From NCBI GenBank assembly GCA_000146045.2, contig BK006939.2, positions 32,001-96,000 of the forward strand: 64,000 bases of DNA, given 5' to 3'. Shown here piece by piece: positions 11,252-21,718 of the stretch. This DNA comes from TPA_inf: Saccharomyces (Eukaryota). Made by a program: the position numbers and the translations under genes. The stretch's first letter is position 1. Each line of letters opens with the position of its first letter. The notes beneath the pieces are model-generated. The model searched no databases. It saw only the letters and a list, made by a program, of their open reading frames with translations, and was not told where the DNA came from.

Positions 11252-12925
11252 ATGAAGGTTGATTACGAGCAATTGTGCAAACTCTACGATGACACGTGCC
11301 GCACAAAGAATGTGCAGTTCAGTTACGGTACGGCCGGATTCAGAACGCTGGCCAAGAATTTGGATACGGTGATGTTCAGTACTGGTATACTGGCGGTTCT
11401 CAGGTCGCTGAAGCTTCAGGGTCAGTATGTGGGGGTGATGATCACGGCGTCGCACAACCCATACCAGGACAACGGGGTCAAGATCGTGGAACCAGACGGA
11501 TCGATGCTTTTGGCCACATGGGAGCCATATGCCATGCAGTTGGCCAATGCGGCCTCTTTTGCCACTAATTTTGAAGAATTTCGTGTTGAGTTGGCCAAGC
11601 TGATTGAACACGAAAAGATTGATTTGAATACAACCGTCGTGCCTCACATCGTGGTTGGGAGAGACTCTAGGGAAAGTAGTCCATACTTGCTGCGCTGCTT
11701 GACTTCCTCCATGGCCAGCGTCTTCCACGCGCAAGTTTTGGACCTAGGCTGTGTCACTACGCCTCAATTGCATTACATTACTGATTTGTCCAACAGGCGG
11801 AAACTGGAAGGAGACACAGCGCCAGTTGCCACAGAACAGGACTACTATTCGTTCTTTATAGGAGCCTTCAACGAGCTCTTCGCCACGTATCAGCTGGAGA
11901 AGAGGCTGTCTGTCCCAAAATTGTTCATAGACACAGCCAATGGTATCGGTGGTCCACAGTTGAAAAAACTACTGGCCTCCGAAGATTGGGACGTGCCAGC
12001 GGAGCAAGTTGAGGTAATCAACGACAGGTCCGATGTTCCAGAACTGTTGAATTTTGAATGCGGTGCGGATTATGTGAAGACTAACCAGAGATTACCCAAG
12101 GGTCTTTCTCCATCCTCGTTTGATTCGCTATATTGCTCCTTTGATGGTGACGCAGACAGGGTTGTGTTCTACTATGTCGACTCAGGATCAAAATTTCATT
12201 TGTTGGATGGTGACAAAATTTCCACTTTGTTTGCAAAGTTCTTGTCTAAACAACTAGAATTGGCACACCTAGAACATTCTTTGAAGATTGGTGTTGTGCA
12301 AACTGCCTATGCAAACGGCAGTTCCACCGCTTACATAAAAAATACGTTGCACTGTCCCGTGTCTTGCACTAAGACAGGTGTTAAACACTTGCATCATGAA
12401 GCTGCCACTCAGTACGATATTGGCATTTATTTCGAAGCAAATGGACATGGTACGATTATATTCAGCGAAAAATTTCATCGAACTATCAAATCTGAATTAT
12501 CCAAGTCCAAGTTAAATGGTGATACGTTAGCTTTGAGAACTTTGAAGTGTTTCTCTGAATTGATTAATCAGACCGTGGGAGATGCTATTTCAGACATGCT
12601 TGCTGTCCTTGCTACTTTGGCGATTTTGAAAATGTCGCCAATGGATTGGGATGAAGAGTATACTGATTTGCCCAACAAGCTGGTTAAGTGCATCGTTCCT
12701 GATAGGTCAATTTTCCAAACCACGGACCAGGAAAGAAAATTGCTCAATCCAGTGGGGTTGCAAGACAAGATAGATCTTGTGGTAGCCAAGTATCCCATGG
12801 GAAGAAGCTTTGTCAGAGCCAGTGGTACGGAGGATGCGGTGAGGGTTTATGCGGAATGTAAGGACTCCTCTAAGTTAGGTCAATTTTGTGACGAAGTGGT
12901 GGAGCACGTTAAGGCATCTGCTTGA
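11252..12925 (+). CDS. PCM1: Phosphoacetylglucosamine mutase (557 aa)
   Basis: MKVDYEQLCKLYDDTCRTKNVQFSYGTAGFR... with the phosphohexomutase active-site motif TASHNP. Length 557 aa. Confidence 0.95.
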   Translation: MKVDYEQLCKLYDDTCRTKNVQFSYGTAGFRTLAKNLDTVMFSTGILAVLRSLKLQGQYVGVMITASHNPYQDNGVKIVEPDGSMLLATWEPYAMQLANAASFATNFEEFRVELAKLIEHEKIDLNTTVVPHIVVGRDSRESSPYLLRCLTSSMASVFHAQVLDLGCVTTPQLHYITDLSNRRKLEGDTAPVATEQDYYSFFIGAFNELFATYQLEKRLSVPKLFIDTANGIGGPQLKKLLASEDWDVPAEQVEVINDRSDVPELLNFECGADYVKTNQRLPKGLSPSSFDSLYCSFDGDADRVVFYYVDSGSKFHLLDGDKISTLFAKFLSKQLELAHLEHSLKIGVVQTAYANGSSTAYIKNTLHCPVSCTKTGVKHLHHEAATQYDIGIYFEANGHGTIIFSEKFHRTIKSELSKSKLNGDTLALRTLKCFSELINQTVGDAISDMLAVLATLAILKMSPMDWDEEYTDLPNKLVKCIVPDRSIFQTTDQERKLLNPVGLQDKIDLVVAKYPMGRSFVRASGTEDAVRVYAECKDSSKLGQFCDEVVEHVKASA

Positions 12926-13019
12926 AAGCATTATTCGATGTATAGTATAGCTATTTAGATATACAGAGAGATAAATGAAAGAGAAAAAATATTGGTATCA
13001 ATCAACGTTTGTTACAGGC

Positions 13020-13721
13020 TTAGACTTTGGTTTGGTAATTGAAATTCATGGTAGTGGAAATAAACAAAATTTTCCTCTTCAATTTTTTTCGTCGTTTCGC
13101 TCTGCAATCGAAAATCAAATAATCTTCATAAAAGAAATCACTTTCAATAAATGAACTTCTCACTACCATAATGGATGATGTGGCCGATTCGAAAGCAATA
13201 CGGTTGATTAACACGGAAACCCCGAGTGATAAGTCACCAAAAAAAATTCTCTTTACGATGAATGTTCCGAATTTGTTCTCCTCTTTACAGTTTTCGTTGG
13301 AAAGGTATTTATATGTAATTTCCTTCAGAATTCTCTTGTTTTCTATGTTGGCATTGTCGAGATGAACCTGTTTCAGTATGGCATTGGGAAAAAGTGTAGC
13401 TTGTAACTTTAAAACTTGATCATGCAGTGTTGCAGCTAAATTATCCAGAGTAAAAATTTCCTCTTTGGAGTAAATGCCTAGCAAGTTTTTCAGCTGACTA
13501 CTCCAACCTCGCCTGGCCCTGTGCTTTCTACTTACACAATCTTTGTGATTTGGTGGTAAGGTTTTTGGAAAATGAGGAAGAGTATCTAGTTGTTGGGTAA
13601 TGTTTCTTTCCAAGAATGATATTTTTTTCATTATGACGTCAATTTCTTTAGAATAAGCCGAGAACTGTACAGTTTTAAAACCCTTTCTGTTGTCATTCCT
13701 CTGAATCCCATCATTTGCCAT
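13020..13721 (-). CDS. Uncharacterised protein YEL057C (233 aa)
   Basis: Clean 233-codon ORF MANDGIQRNDNRKGFKTVQFSAYSKEID... with an ATG start, in the expected position between PCM1 and HAT2. Confidence 0.8.
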   Translation of the reverse strand: MANDGIQRNDNRKGFKTVQFSAYSKEIDVIMKKISFLERNITQQLDTLPHFPKTLPPNHKDCVSRKHRARRGWSSQLKNLLGIYSKEEIFTLDNLAATLHDQVLKLQATLFPNAILKQVHLDNANIENKRILKEITYKYLSNENCKEENKFGTFIVKRIFFGDLSLGVSVLINRIAFESATSSIMVVRSSFIESDFFYEDYLIFDCRAKRRKKLKRKILFISTTMNFNYQTKV

Positions 13722-14120
13722 TTAATTTTCAATTTAGTTACTAGTCAATTTTCTTTTTCGCCTTTTGTATTCCATAATATGAATATAAGCTTGGGCTTGC
13801 CGATTTTCTCCGCTTAATATTAAGCCTACGCATGATGTAGGTTACATTTTGAAGGGTTTCTTTTAACTTCCTTACTTATTTATATATGTATGAACCTACA
13901 CAAGGCATTTTACCCTTATTTCTTCCCGCAACATTTGATAAAAAGTGGAAGACGTTTGTGATTGTTATTATCGCCCCAATTTTCTCCTTTTTTTCTTTTC
14001 CTTCAACGTCAATCAATTGCACATTCAGCCGATTGGCTTTCTTAGCGCAGGATAGGGTGTCGGGGATACCTGTGGGAAGTTAGTGACACTTTTTTTTCCA
14101 CTCTCTTCATGGAATCCCCG

Positions 14121-14136
14121 GACGGCAGCCGCCCGT
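14121..14136. promoter_or_regulatory. URS1-like element (core AGCCGCC / GGCGGCT), about 400 bp upstream of YEL057C
   Basis: Sequence ccggacGGCAGCCGCCCGtccc has 7/9 identity to the Ume6 URS1 consensus TAGCCGCCGA. I weakly recall YEL057C being reported as Ume6-regulated. Confidence 0.3.
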
Positions 14137-15167
14137 CCCAATTTTGGCAAAATTGACATCCTAACTGCACGAATTCTCATCGCGTATCAGAACTCTTGAG
14201 CCTTCAGTTTTACTACTCAATGCTCTGATTTATCTATATATACATAAATGAAAATAATACGTGCGCATTTATAAGACAAAAAGTTAGAATTCTGACCACG
14301 ATTGCATGCTGTAGATAATTGTCGTGTTCATTCTCTCTTTAACGGCGCCTCAAGAAGAATATAAAATAATTGCTCTTGCAGTCTCAATGAGTCGGTATGT
14401 TCAAAGTGGTGCCCAACATTTACTAATATTGGACTGCGGTACAAAATCGGCGGCTAAACTGTCTACCGATAAAATACTCTTGATTTATAAGAATGAAAAA
14501 GAAAACAAAAAGGGATGACCCCTGAAAAAGTTTGTTTTCTTTACCCTTTTTTATGTTAAATTTTACATTTATTACCGTTTACGTCAATCGCAATATACAG
14601 GTGGGGCATTGTTATTTGATTTCATAATCTGGTGAGAACGTTATCACGCGGATTATTTAGTTTTTTTAAACCATGTGCGAAGAAATTCTCATATATTGTA
14701 GGCATTTCTGACTCAAACTTCTGCTGCTTAAAATAGCTGTTTTCACCTTTTTTTTCCTCTTGTTCTATTTGACATGCTCCCTTTCTTCCTCGGTCCTTTC
14801 AACCATTTCCATGCTCCTGTAGGCTCAGGAGCAGAGCGAGGAAAAAACTTCCCTACAGAAAGCTTTCATGTTTTTAACCGGTTTCCTTTCAGCTTTTTCT
14901 TTTGGAGTAATCTAGAAAGATTAGGTCATTTGTTCAGTCTATTTGATACTTGATGAGTAGCTCGTCTGTTCTGTTCAAAATAACAATTTGTGAGGTGTAC
15001 GGATGTTTTCACTGGCATTCGTCGACATGACAAAGACAAACCTTGAAAATAATAATGGAGAATAACTAGAAAGACGTTACTATGCCTCTAATACTTCTGC
15101 CTCTCTTATCTCTCCTATCAATTGTGGTTAGCCTAGTAGTCACCAAATAGCAAATTACCAATCAACT

Positions 15168-16373
15168 ATGGAAAACCAAGAGAAACCGCTTTCTGTAGAC
15201 GAGGAGTACGATTTATGGAAATCCAATGTTCCATTAATGTATGACTTTGTTAGCGAGACACGTTTAACATGGCCATCTTTAACCGTCCAATGGCTCCCTA
15301 CTCCTGTTCAAGAATTAGATGGTGGCTTTATTAAACAAGAATTAATCATCGGTACGCACACTTCTGGTGAAGAAGAAAACTATTTGAAATTCGCAGAAAT
15401 TAATCTACCAAAGGAAATTCTTAGTAATGAAGACCCACAAGAAGAAGCAGGAGAGGAGTATCAGTCCTCTCTACCTGCTCCTAGGTCAAATATAAGGATT
15501 ACCGCTAAATATGAGCACGAAGAAGAAATCACTAGAGCCCGATATATGCCTCAAGACCCTAATATTGTCGCCACAATAAATGGGCAAGGCACAGTTTTCC
15601 TCTATTCTCGCTCAGAAGGTCTTCAGTCAACACTAAAATTTCATAAGGATAACGGTTATGCTTTATCATTTAGCACTTTGGTCAAAGGGCGATTGCTTTC
15701 CGGCTCAGATGATCATACAGTCGCTCTCTGGGAAGTGGGGAGTGGCGGTGACCCTACAAAACCAGTACGAACTTGGAATGATTTACATTCTGATATTATT
15801 AATGATAATAAATGGCACAACTTCAATAAAGATCTATTCGGCACTGTTTCAGAAGATTCTCTCTTAAAAATAAATGACGTCAGGGCAAACAATACTACGA
15901 TCGATACTGTGAAATGCCCGCAACCTTTCAACACATTAGCATTTAGTCATCATTCCTCAAACCTCCTTGCGGCCGCAGGTATGGACTCGTATGTTTATCT
16001 ATATGATCTAAGAAACATGAAGGAACCATTACACCATATGTCGGGTCATGAAGATGCAGTGAACAATTTGGAATTTTCAACCCATGTTGACGGTGTAGTT
16101 GTATCCAGCGGGTCAGACAATAGATTGATGATGTGGGATTTGAAACAAATTGGAGCAGAACAAACACCTGATGACGCGGAAGACGGCGTTCCTGAATTGA
16201 TCATGGTCCACGCAGGTCACAGAAGTTCAGTGAATGATTTTGATTTGAACCCTCAAATACCTTGGTTGGTAGCAAGTGCTGAAGAAGAAAATATTTTACA
16301 AGTTTGGAAGTGTTCCCATAGTCTACCCATCGTGGGAGGTCCACCAAAGGTGAACAAGGATATAATAAGCTAA
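15168..16373 (+). CDS. HAT2: Histone acetyltransferase B subunit, WD40 protein of the RbAp46/48 family (401 aa)
   Basis: MENQEKPLSVDEEYDLWKSNVPLMYDFVSETRLTWPSLTVQWLP... (RbAp48 N-terminal signature) plus WD repeats. Length 401 aa. Confidence 0.95.
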   Translation: MENQEKPLSVDEEYDLWKSNVPLMYDFVSETRLTWPSLTVQWLPTPVQELDGGFIKQELIIGTHTSGEEENYLKFAEINLPKEILSNEDPQEEAGEEYQSSLPAPRSNIRITAKYEHEEEITRARYMPQDPNIVATINGQGTVFLYSRSEGLQSTLKFHKDNGYALSFSTLVKGRLLSGSDDHTVALWEVGSGGDPTKPVRTWNDLHSDIINDNKWHNFNKDLFGTVSEDSLLKINDVRANNTTIDTVKCPQPFNTLAFSHHSSNLLAAAGMDSYVYLYDLRNMKEPLHHMSGHEDAVNNLEFSTHVDGVVVSSGSDNRLMMWDLKQIGAEQTPDDAEDGVPELIMVHAGHRSSVNDFDLNPQIPWLVASAEEENILQVWKCSHSLPIVGGPPKVNKDIIS

Positions 16374-16470
16374 TATATAGTTTTTTTATTGTTTCTTTGG
16401 CGAAAAGGCGTAATTAAACAAAGATCAACATACATAATCCGATTTTGAGGAGTGATAAAATATACTTAGA

Positions 16471-19400
16471 TTATTCCTTATCCATTACAGTTTGCTTTTT
16501 TGAAGATAGCCAATTGATGAAATCAATAAAAATGTTAGGTCCACATTTTCCTTTTTGCATCCACTCTTTGGTAGTTGCAGTATACAAGTCAATCAATTCG
16601 TCAAGCTTGTCGTTACCACCGATTTCAACGTATAACTTACTCAAAAACAGTGAGCTGGTTGAGCACATTGAATAAAACACTGCAGCATGCTGACCTGGCT
16701 TAGAAGTCAGCATCAGCTTGTGTGTTTTTTTCAACAAATCCATAAGCTCGATGTCTTTGTTCATGTCTTTGAATGCAGTTACTTTTATCTTGAATATTTT
16801 ACCCTTCAACAATTTAGAAATTTTGTCGGCAAGTGGCCTATCAAGAGTTTCATTGACACATTTCAGCATTGGGATAATAAAATAAACGAGCTTGCTTAAT
16901 GAGCCTCCTAAATTGTTGGAATGTTCACTTTTATTAGCAAGAGTCAATTTTTCACAATATTTGACGTAAACGGCTAACATGTCGACAACTCTATGCTTGA
17001 ACGAGATAACGTTTTCCCTAGATTGTTTTACCTCAAATTTCCTCTGGTTTCCAGTAGATATGCTTGATAATGCTTCCTTACGACGTTTGAAAATTTCGGA
17101 TAACTGATCATCTAATTCCATCATTTTTTCATCATCCATAGACTCCTCATCTTCATCGTCTCCACCGTCGTCAGAAAGCCCTTCGAGTTGGTCTAAGTCA
17201 ACTTCCCCTTTATCATTAACTATGTTATCGGGTAAATTTAACGCCTTCACTAAGGCGCTAGTGGCCTCTTTATCAATATTCAAAATATCTTCATTTGCCT
17301 CGTCTTCTTCATCTTTTTCATCAGCATCATCGCTATCACTCTCACTTTCACTTTCACTTTCACTACCAGTTTTCGATTCGTCTTCACTGGCATCATTTTC
17401 TTCCTTAATTTCTTCAAATTCTTCTTCTCCTTCGAATAGCTGGGCAAAACCTTGCTTGTTTTCTCTCGCTTTTAAAATATCTAATAAAATTTGCAATTCT
17501 TCCAAACCAACTTCTTCAATAAACTGCTGCCAGATTATTAAACTCAATTTCCTGAGTAAGGCCTTCTTTTGGGCTAAAAGTGATAGTAAGATTTCAGTGA
17601 TGCCTACCATTGAGTTATTCTCGTGTTTGGAAAATTCGCAAAGTTCTTCGATCACAGAAATAGAATCGGTGTCACCTGCATATAATTGTACTAAGCACAT
17701 AGATAACAACGTGCTTAGACCCCAAGATTGAGCAGTTCTTGATCTGCAAACTTTACTCAAGCAAGATATAGCTTCGTTTTTTATATTTTCTAAATTTTCG
17801 TCCAGTGGATTGATTAAATCTCCTACATGAGAATTTTCAATGTCCAGTATTAACTTTAATGTCAGATATTGCCATGAGTTTATTTCAGGATCTTTGCAAC
17901 GTATTTCTTTGTTTATTGTCAACTCTCCCAGGATGGAATAAAGTCTTTCCTTGGCTAATTCGTGTAGCTGTTCTAACTTCAGATCATCTGATGTATGTTT
18001 GAAGAAAGCCATATATACGATGGGTCTCAACACGGGCTTCATTATGTCCATGTCATTGATTTCGACTTTGTGTGCACGAACTATATGAAGGATGGAATCA
18101 AGAGCAAAAAGGGTATGAGATAAAACTCCCTTTTTATCTTGTAACTGTAGAAAAAACACATCGAGTAATTGGGCAAGAACAGTAGAAGGTAATTCTTTAA
18201 TTGCAATAAGTTTGGAAACGGTGCCAGATTTTGTTAACTTATCAAAGTTTATGGAACCGTGAGGACCAAATAACATTGCATTTAAACAAGGTACTAGTCT
18301 GTTTGCAGAATCTTCTTCACAAGCCTTCACTATGGAGTCTAAAGTTAACTGGGAAATCTTATTTAAAACTCTTTGTGAATCTATTGATTGGTTGATCAAT
18401 GTTCTCATAACGTTTTGGCTGAAGCAAAACCCGATGTACGAGCCAGGAACTGCCTTGAAAGCCGCGTCGATTATTAGAAAGCCTAAATATTTTCTTTCAC
18501 TAGAAGCTTTCTCATTGAAAAATGATTCGTCCACGGCCATTTTCCAAAACTCTGGAAATTGAATTGAATTCTGAACCTTTTTATTGTTGGTTTTCTTCCT
18601 TTTCTTCGAAATATGACTAGTGTTCTCTAATTTTCCATTACCAAACAACGGTAGCAGAACACTCCAAACAAAATGCAGCCTAGGGTTCCAATTCGTGTTT
18701 TTTTGTTTTTTCGTCTCTTTTAAACCTCCATTGGCATCCGGAATTACAGAAGAGTTTCTCAATACTTTTGTTAAAAGGGGCAGATTTCCTCTTGCCAGAG
18801 GGTCGTTATCCTTCCAACCTGGATTTTTCAAATCCAACACCGAGGGAATTAGACTTTCATCACCTTCATATTTCAGCAACAAATAAGTTGACAGTCCCTC
18901 ATTTGTCAGAGTCAGGTCATATTTATCATATATCAGAAGAATTTTTTCAGCGGAACTTTCATCCATAAAAGGTAGCAGCATTTTCATAGTCTGGAAAAGG
19001 GTAAAAAAGCATGGTTCTTTGATCCAGTTTTTCTTCAGGGCCAGATCAATTAGCTGTTCCGTGAATCGAATGAAAAACTCGGTGTTTCCTTTTTCCAAAT
19101 CTTTAACAAATATTTCTGAGAATAAAGGTTCATTTAGTAGAGATTTCAAGCCAAATAACTTCCCAAATAAAATTCCACGCTCATCTTTGCCCTTCATGGA
19201 TTTTTTTGTTCCCTCATTGACATTAACGTTCAAAATGGTTGATAAGGTGCTCAAGAACTCGTTCGTTGATTCTAAACCTTTTGGTCGTTGACCTGGTGGC
19301 ATATTAACAGCTAAATTGATTACTTCCGTCAAACATAAAGAAAATCCTAACCTCGCGCTATTTCTGTCAGACGACAAACCCTTGATTAAACGATTCAATA

Positions 19401-19539
19401 CATAAGACCATTCTTCTGCATCGTCGGGCAAATCTAATGCGGATAAGTCCTTTATTAATGCGACAGCTGCATGTAGACGCTCTTCTCGAAGATCAGAAGC
19501 TAGTTTAAAAAAAAGGTCTCTGTTGACTTTCCCTGTCAT
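16471..19539 (-). CDS. POL5: rDNA-transcription-associated protein with polymerase-like annotation (Pol5p, 1022 aa)
   Basis: 1022 aa from MTGKVNRDLFFKLASDLREERLHAAV... (complement of ATG at 19537-19539). The track ORF starts 28 codons upstream at TTG. Acidic DES-rich segment near the C-terminus. Confidence 0.9.
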   Translation of the reverse strand: MTGKVNRDLFFKLASDLREERLHAAVALIKDLSALDLPDDAEEWSYVLNRLIKGLSSDRNSARLGFSLCLTEVINLAVNMPPGQRPKGLESTNEFLSTLSTILNVNVNEGTKKSMKGKDERGILFGKLFGLKSLLNEPLFSEIFVKDLEKGNTEFFIRFTEQLIDLALKKNWIKEPCFFTLFQTMKMLLPFMDESSAEKILLIYDKYDLTLTNEGLSTYLLLKYEGDESLIPSVLDLKNPGWKDNDPLARGNLPLLTKVLRNSSVIPDANGGLKETKKQKNTNWNPRLHFVWSVLLPLFGNGKLENTSHISKKRKKTNNKKVQNSIQFPEFWKMAVDESFFNEKASSERKYLGFLIIDAAFKAVPGSYIGFCFSQNVMRTLINQSIDSQRVLNKISQLTLDSIVKACEEDSANRLVPCLNAMLFGPHGSINFDKLTKSGTVSKLIAIKELPSTVLAQLLDVFFLQLQDKKGVLSHTLFALDSILHIVRAHKVEINDMDIMKPVLRPIVYMAFFKHTSDDLKLEQLHELAKERLYSILGELTINKEIRCKDPEINSWQYLTLKLILDIENSHVGDLINPLDENLENIKNEAISCLSKVCRSRTAQSWGLSTLLSMCLVQLYAGDTDSISVIEELCEFSKHENNSMVGITEILLSLLAQKKALLRKLSLIIWQQFIEEVGLEELQILLDILKARENKQGFAQLFEGEEEFEEIKEENDASEDESKTGSESESESESDSDDADEKDEEDEANEDILNIDKEATSALVKALNLPDNIVNDKGEVDLDQLEGLSDDGGDDEDEESMDDEKMMELDDQLSEIFKRRKEALSSISTGNQRKFEVKQSRENVISFKHRVVDMLAVYVKYCEKLTLANKSEHSNNLGGSLSKLVYFIIPMLKCVNETLDRPLADKISKLLKGKIFKIKVTAFKDMNKDIELMDLLKKTHKLMLTSKPGQHAAVFYSMCSTSSLFLSKLYVEIGGNDKLDELIDLYTATTKEWMQKGKCGPNIFIDFINWLSSKKQTVMDKE

Positions 19540-20132
19540 TTTTTTTGTGGACAAAAAGATGCACTTGTGGAAAGAATCACCCTTGTTAATGGATACCCGA
19601 TTCAAACTTCGAATTAAGTGCAAACCGCAGCCTCAGATTAATGTTAAATTGCCCTCTAAGGCAATTCTGGCCATCGCAATAAAATTTTTCGTGTTATTCA
19701 CGCTTTAAAGGCCGGGTAAAATGATAGCGTCCGTTGATTTTGAAGACTATTACTTTTGCGGATATTTTATGTCCGGTCTATCATATTTACCAATGCAAAA
19801 TAATATTTTGATAGTTTTTACCGCAGAGGCAGCCAGTAAGTTGGGAAGTTGCTCAGACCCATAGATACATACGCAGGAAAGGTTTTGTTTTCCTCCTTTC
19901 ATTATTGCAATTAACGTATACATAACTTGAAAAGCTGATGGGTGTCAAGCACGCCCATCAGCGCATCTGAAAGTAGCCTTGAAGGAACTGTAAGTTTCCA
20001 CTTTTCGAATCAGTTATTGGTCGTCAACCATTAGCAGAAGTAAGTTCAGATATTTAGATATACCCTCCCTCAACTATAACGATTAACAAGTGTTTACGAA
20101 CTAATGTAACAGACCAATCCCAAGAGAGTACG

Positions 20133-20320
20133 TACTAAGAGAAAATGTAAGGCTATGAAATGGACTAATATAACCATAGTAGAAATAGGTATATCTTAGT
20201 GAGTAATCGCCTAAATTAATCTTGTTTGCAATATAAATTGGAACTAAGTACAGTGAAAGACATCGATGGAAATAAAAAAATAACCATCGAAACTTGGTCC
20301 CAGAGTGTTGTCAAACGTTC
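20133..20320 (-). ncRNA. SNR80: Candidate H/ACA-box snoRNA in the POL5-RPL12A gap; possibly SNR80
   Basis: On the minus-strand RNA there is a hairpin with a 7-bp upper stem (UCGAUGG/CCAUCGA, plus 20258-20292). After it comes an H-box-like AAACAAGA (plus 20221-20230). A second hairpin follows, then AUAgcc ending at about 20151, or ACAuuu ending at about 20133. I recall SNR80 at chrV ~52150-52320, which maps here. I could not fold the second hairpin convincingly, so treat the strand and ends as tentative. Confidence 0.3.
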
Positions 20321-20720
20321 AAGATGGTTTCTTTTCTAATAAAAAGCAAATTAGAAAACTATTTCACAAGTTAGTAATAATAGTAAAGAATCAAGCATGG
20401 AAAGCAAAGTAAGAAAAAAGAATGAAGTGAAAAGCAAAAAAAAAAAAAGATAAAAATGAAAAAACAAAAAAACGGAGGGTATAATCACATGCAGATATAA
20501 TTTTCGGAAATACATTATAGAAATATAATGTGTCACTTATCCTCTTCATTGTGGTTATCCAGAGAGGAAGAGAAGAGACAAAACAGATAGAAAAAGTATA
20601 ACCCTAGAATCGAAATCAAAAATTAGAAAATAAACGTATTGGAATTTTGTGCAATTATCATATTAAAATACAAAAACAATAAAAAAACTAAAAAGCTTTG
20701 AAACTTTCTTTAATTTTTTT

Positions 20721-21218
20721 CTAATTTTCTGGGATTTCGATTTCACCAGCATTAATGCCTTCAATGATATCATGGGGATTCTTGAAGTCAACACGACAGC
20801 CGACAGATTGAGCAGTACCTAAGATTTCCTTAGTAACGGAAGCCAAAGTTCTACCGAAGGATTTGTCTCTCATTTGTCTGGCAATTTCAATAATTTCATC
20901 CAATTGAATGTTACCACTGTGCTTGACGTTTTTGTCCTTCTTTCTGTCTCTTGGTGGTTCCTTCAAAGCAGTAATGACCAAAGAGGAAGCAGATGGGACA
21001 ACAGAGGCAGCAGCTTGTCTGTTTTGGATCTTTAATTGGACGGTAACCTTGATACCCTTGAATTCTTTGGTGGCCTTAGCAATATCTTCACCAACCTTCT
21101 TTGGCGATAGACCTAAAGGACCAATCTTTGGAGCCAAAGCAGCGGAGGCACCGACTTCACCACCAACGGCTCTTAGGTACAAGTATTTAACTTCATTAGG
21201 ATCAAACTTTGGAGGCAT
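20721..21218 (-). CDS. RPL12A: Ribosomal protein L12 (uL11), 165 aa, no intron
   Basis: [48 protein letters not shown]... Ribosomal L11 family. Length 165 aa. Confidence 0.96.
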   Translation of the reverse strand: MPPKFDPNEVKYLYLRAVGGEVGASAALAPKIGPLGLSPKKVGEDIAKATKEFKGIKVTVQLKIQNRQAAASVVPSASSLVITALKEPPRDRKKDKNVKHSGNIQLDEIIEIARQMRDKSFGRTLASVTKEILGTAQSVGCRVDFKNPHDIIEGINAGEIEIPEN

Positions 21219-21718
21219 TTTTGTATATCCTTTGTTCTTGTTGTCGACTTTCTAGACCCCAAAAGAAAGTTCCTTTAAGGTGTAATAGTAACGAACTGTA
21301 ACTCAAAGAAGCCTTGAAATTTACCAAAATTCTAGACTTTGAATAATTTTTTCAGTATTAGGAGATGTCCATTTCCAGCAGTGTTAACGGATTCCAAATT
21401 TTCTTCCGGGATTTTCCCTTCGGTTACCAAGAGTGTCTCTCCAGCTCTAGGGAGAGCCCAGGAGTAATTGCCGCCGCGTCCGCCTAAGTCTAGGCAGCAA
21501 GCCACAACTGTACGGACGGAACTCCCAGCCAAGTAAGTTTGGCCCGAACTCACAACGGGGGAACGCACTGCATTTTACCAGCTTACAACAATAACGCCGT
21601 TGTAGGCGGCTTGTAGGTACAATCGCAACGATATCTGGAGTAGATGGCATTGAAATTGAGCTGATACTGTTATAGTTTACAAGCAGTACATTGTCTCATT
21701 ACATTGTCTCTTTGTTTG

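Noticed and set aside
11243-11734. 163-aa minus-strand ORF and 90-aa plus-strand ORF overlapping the PCM1 5' region
   Set aside because: Overlap the conserved PCM1 reading frame. No domains. Frame artefacts.
19624-20720. ARS consensus in the POL5-RPL12A gap
   Set aside because: Best match (AATTTATATTG, about 20228-20238 on the reverse strand) is only 9-10/11. Not reported.
20908-21255. 115-aa ORF overlapping RPL12A on the opposite strand (SGD dubious YEL053W-A as I recall)
   Set aside because: Antisense to a highly conserved ribosomal protein gene. Low complexity.
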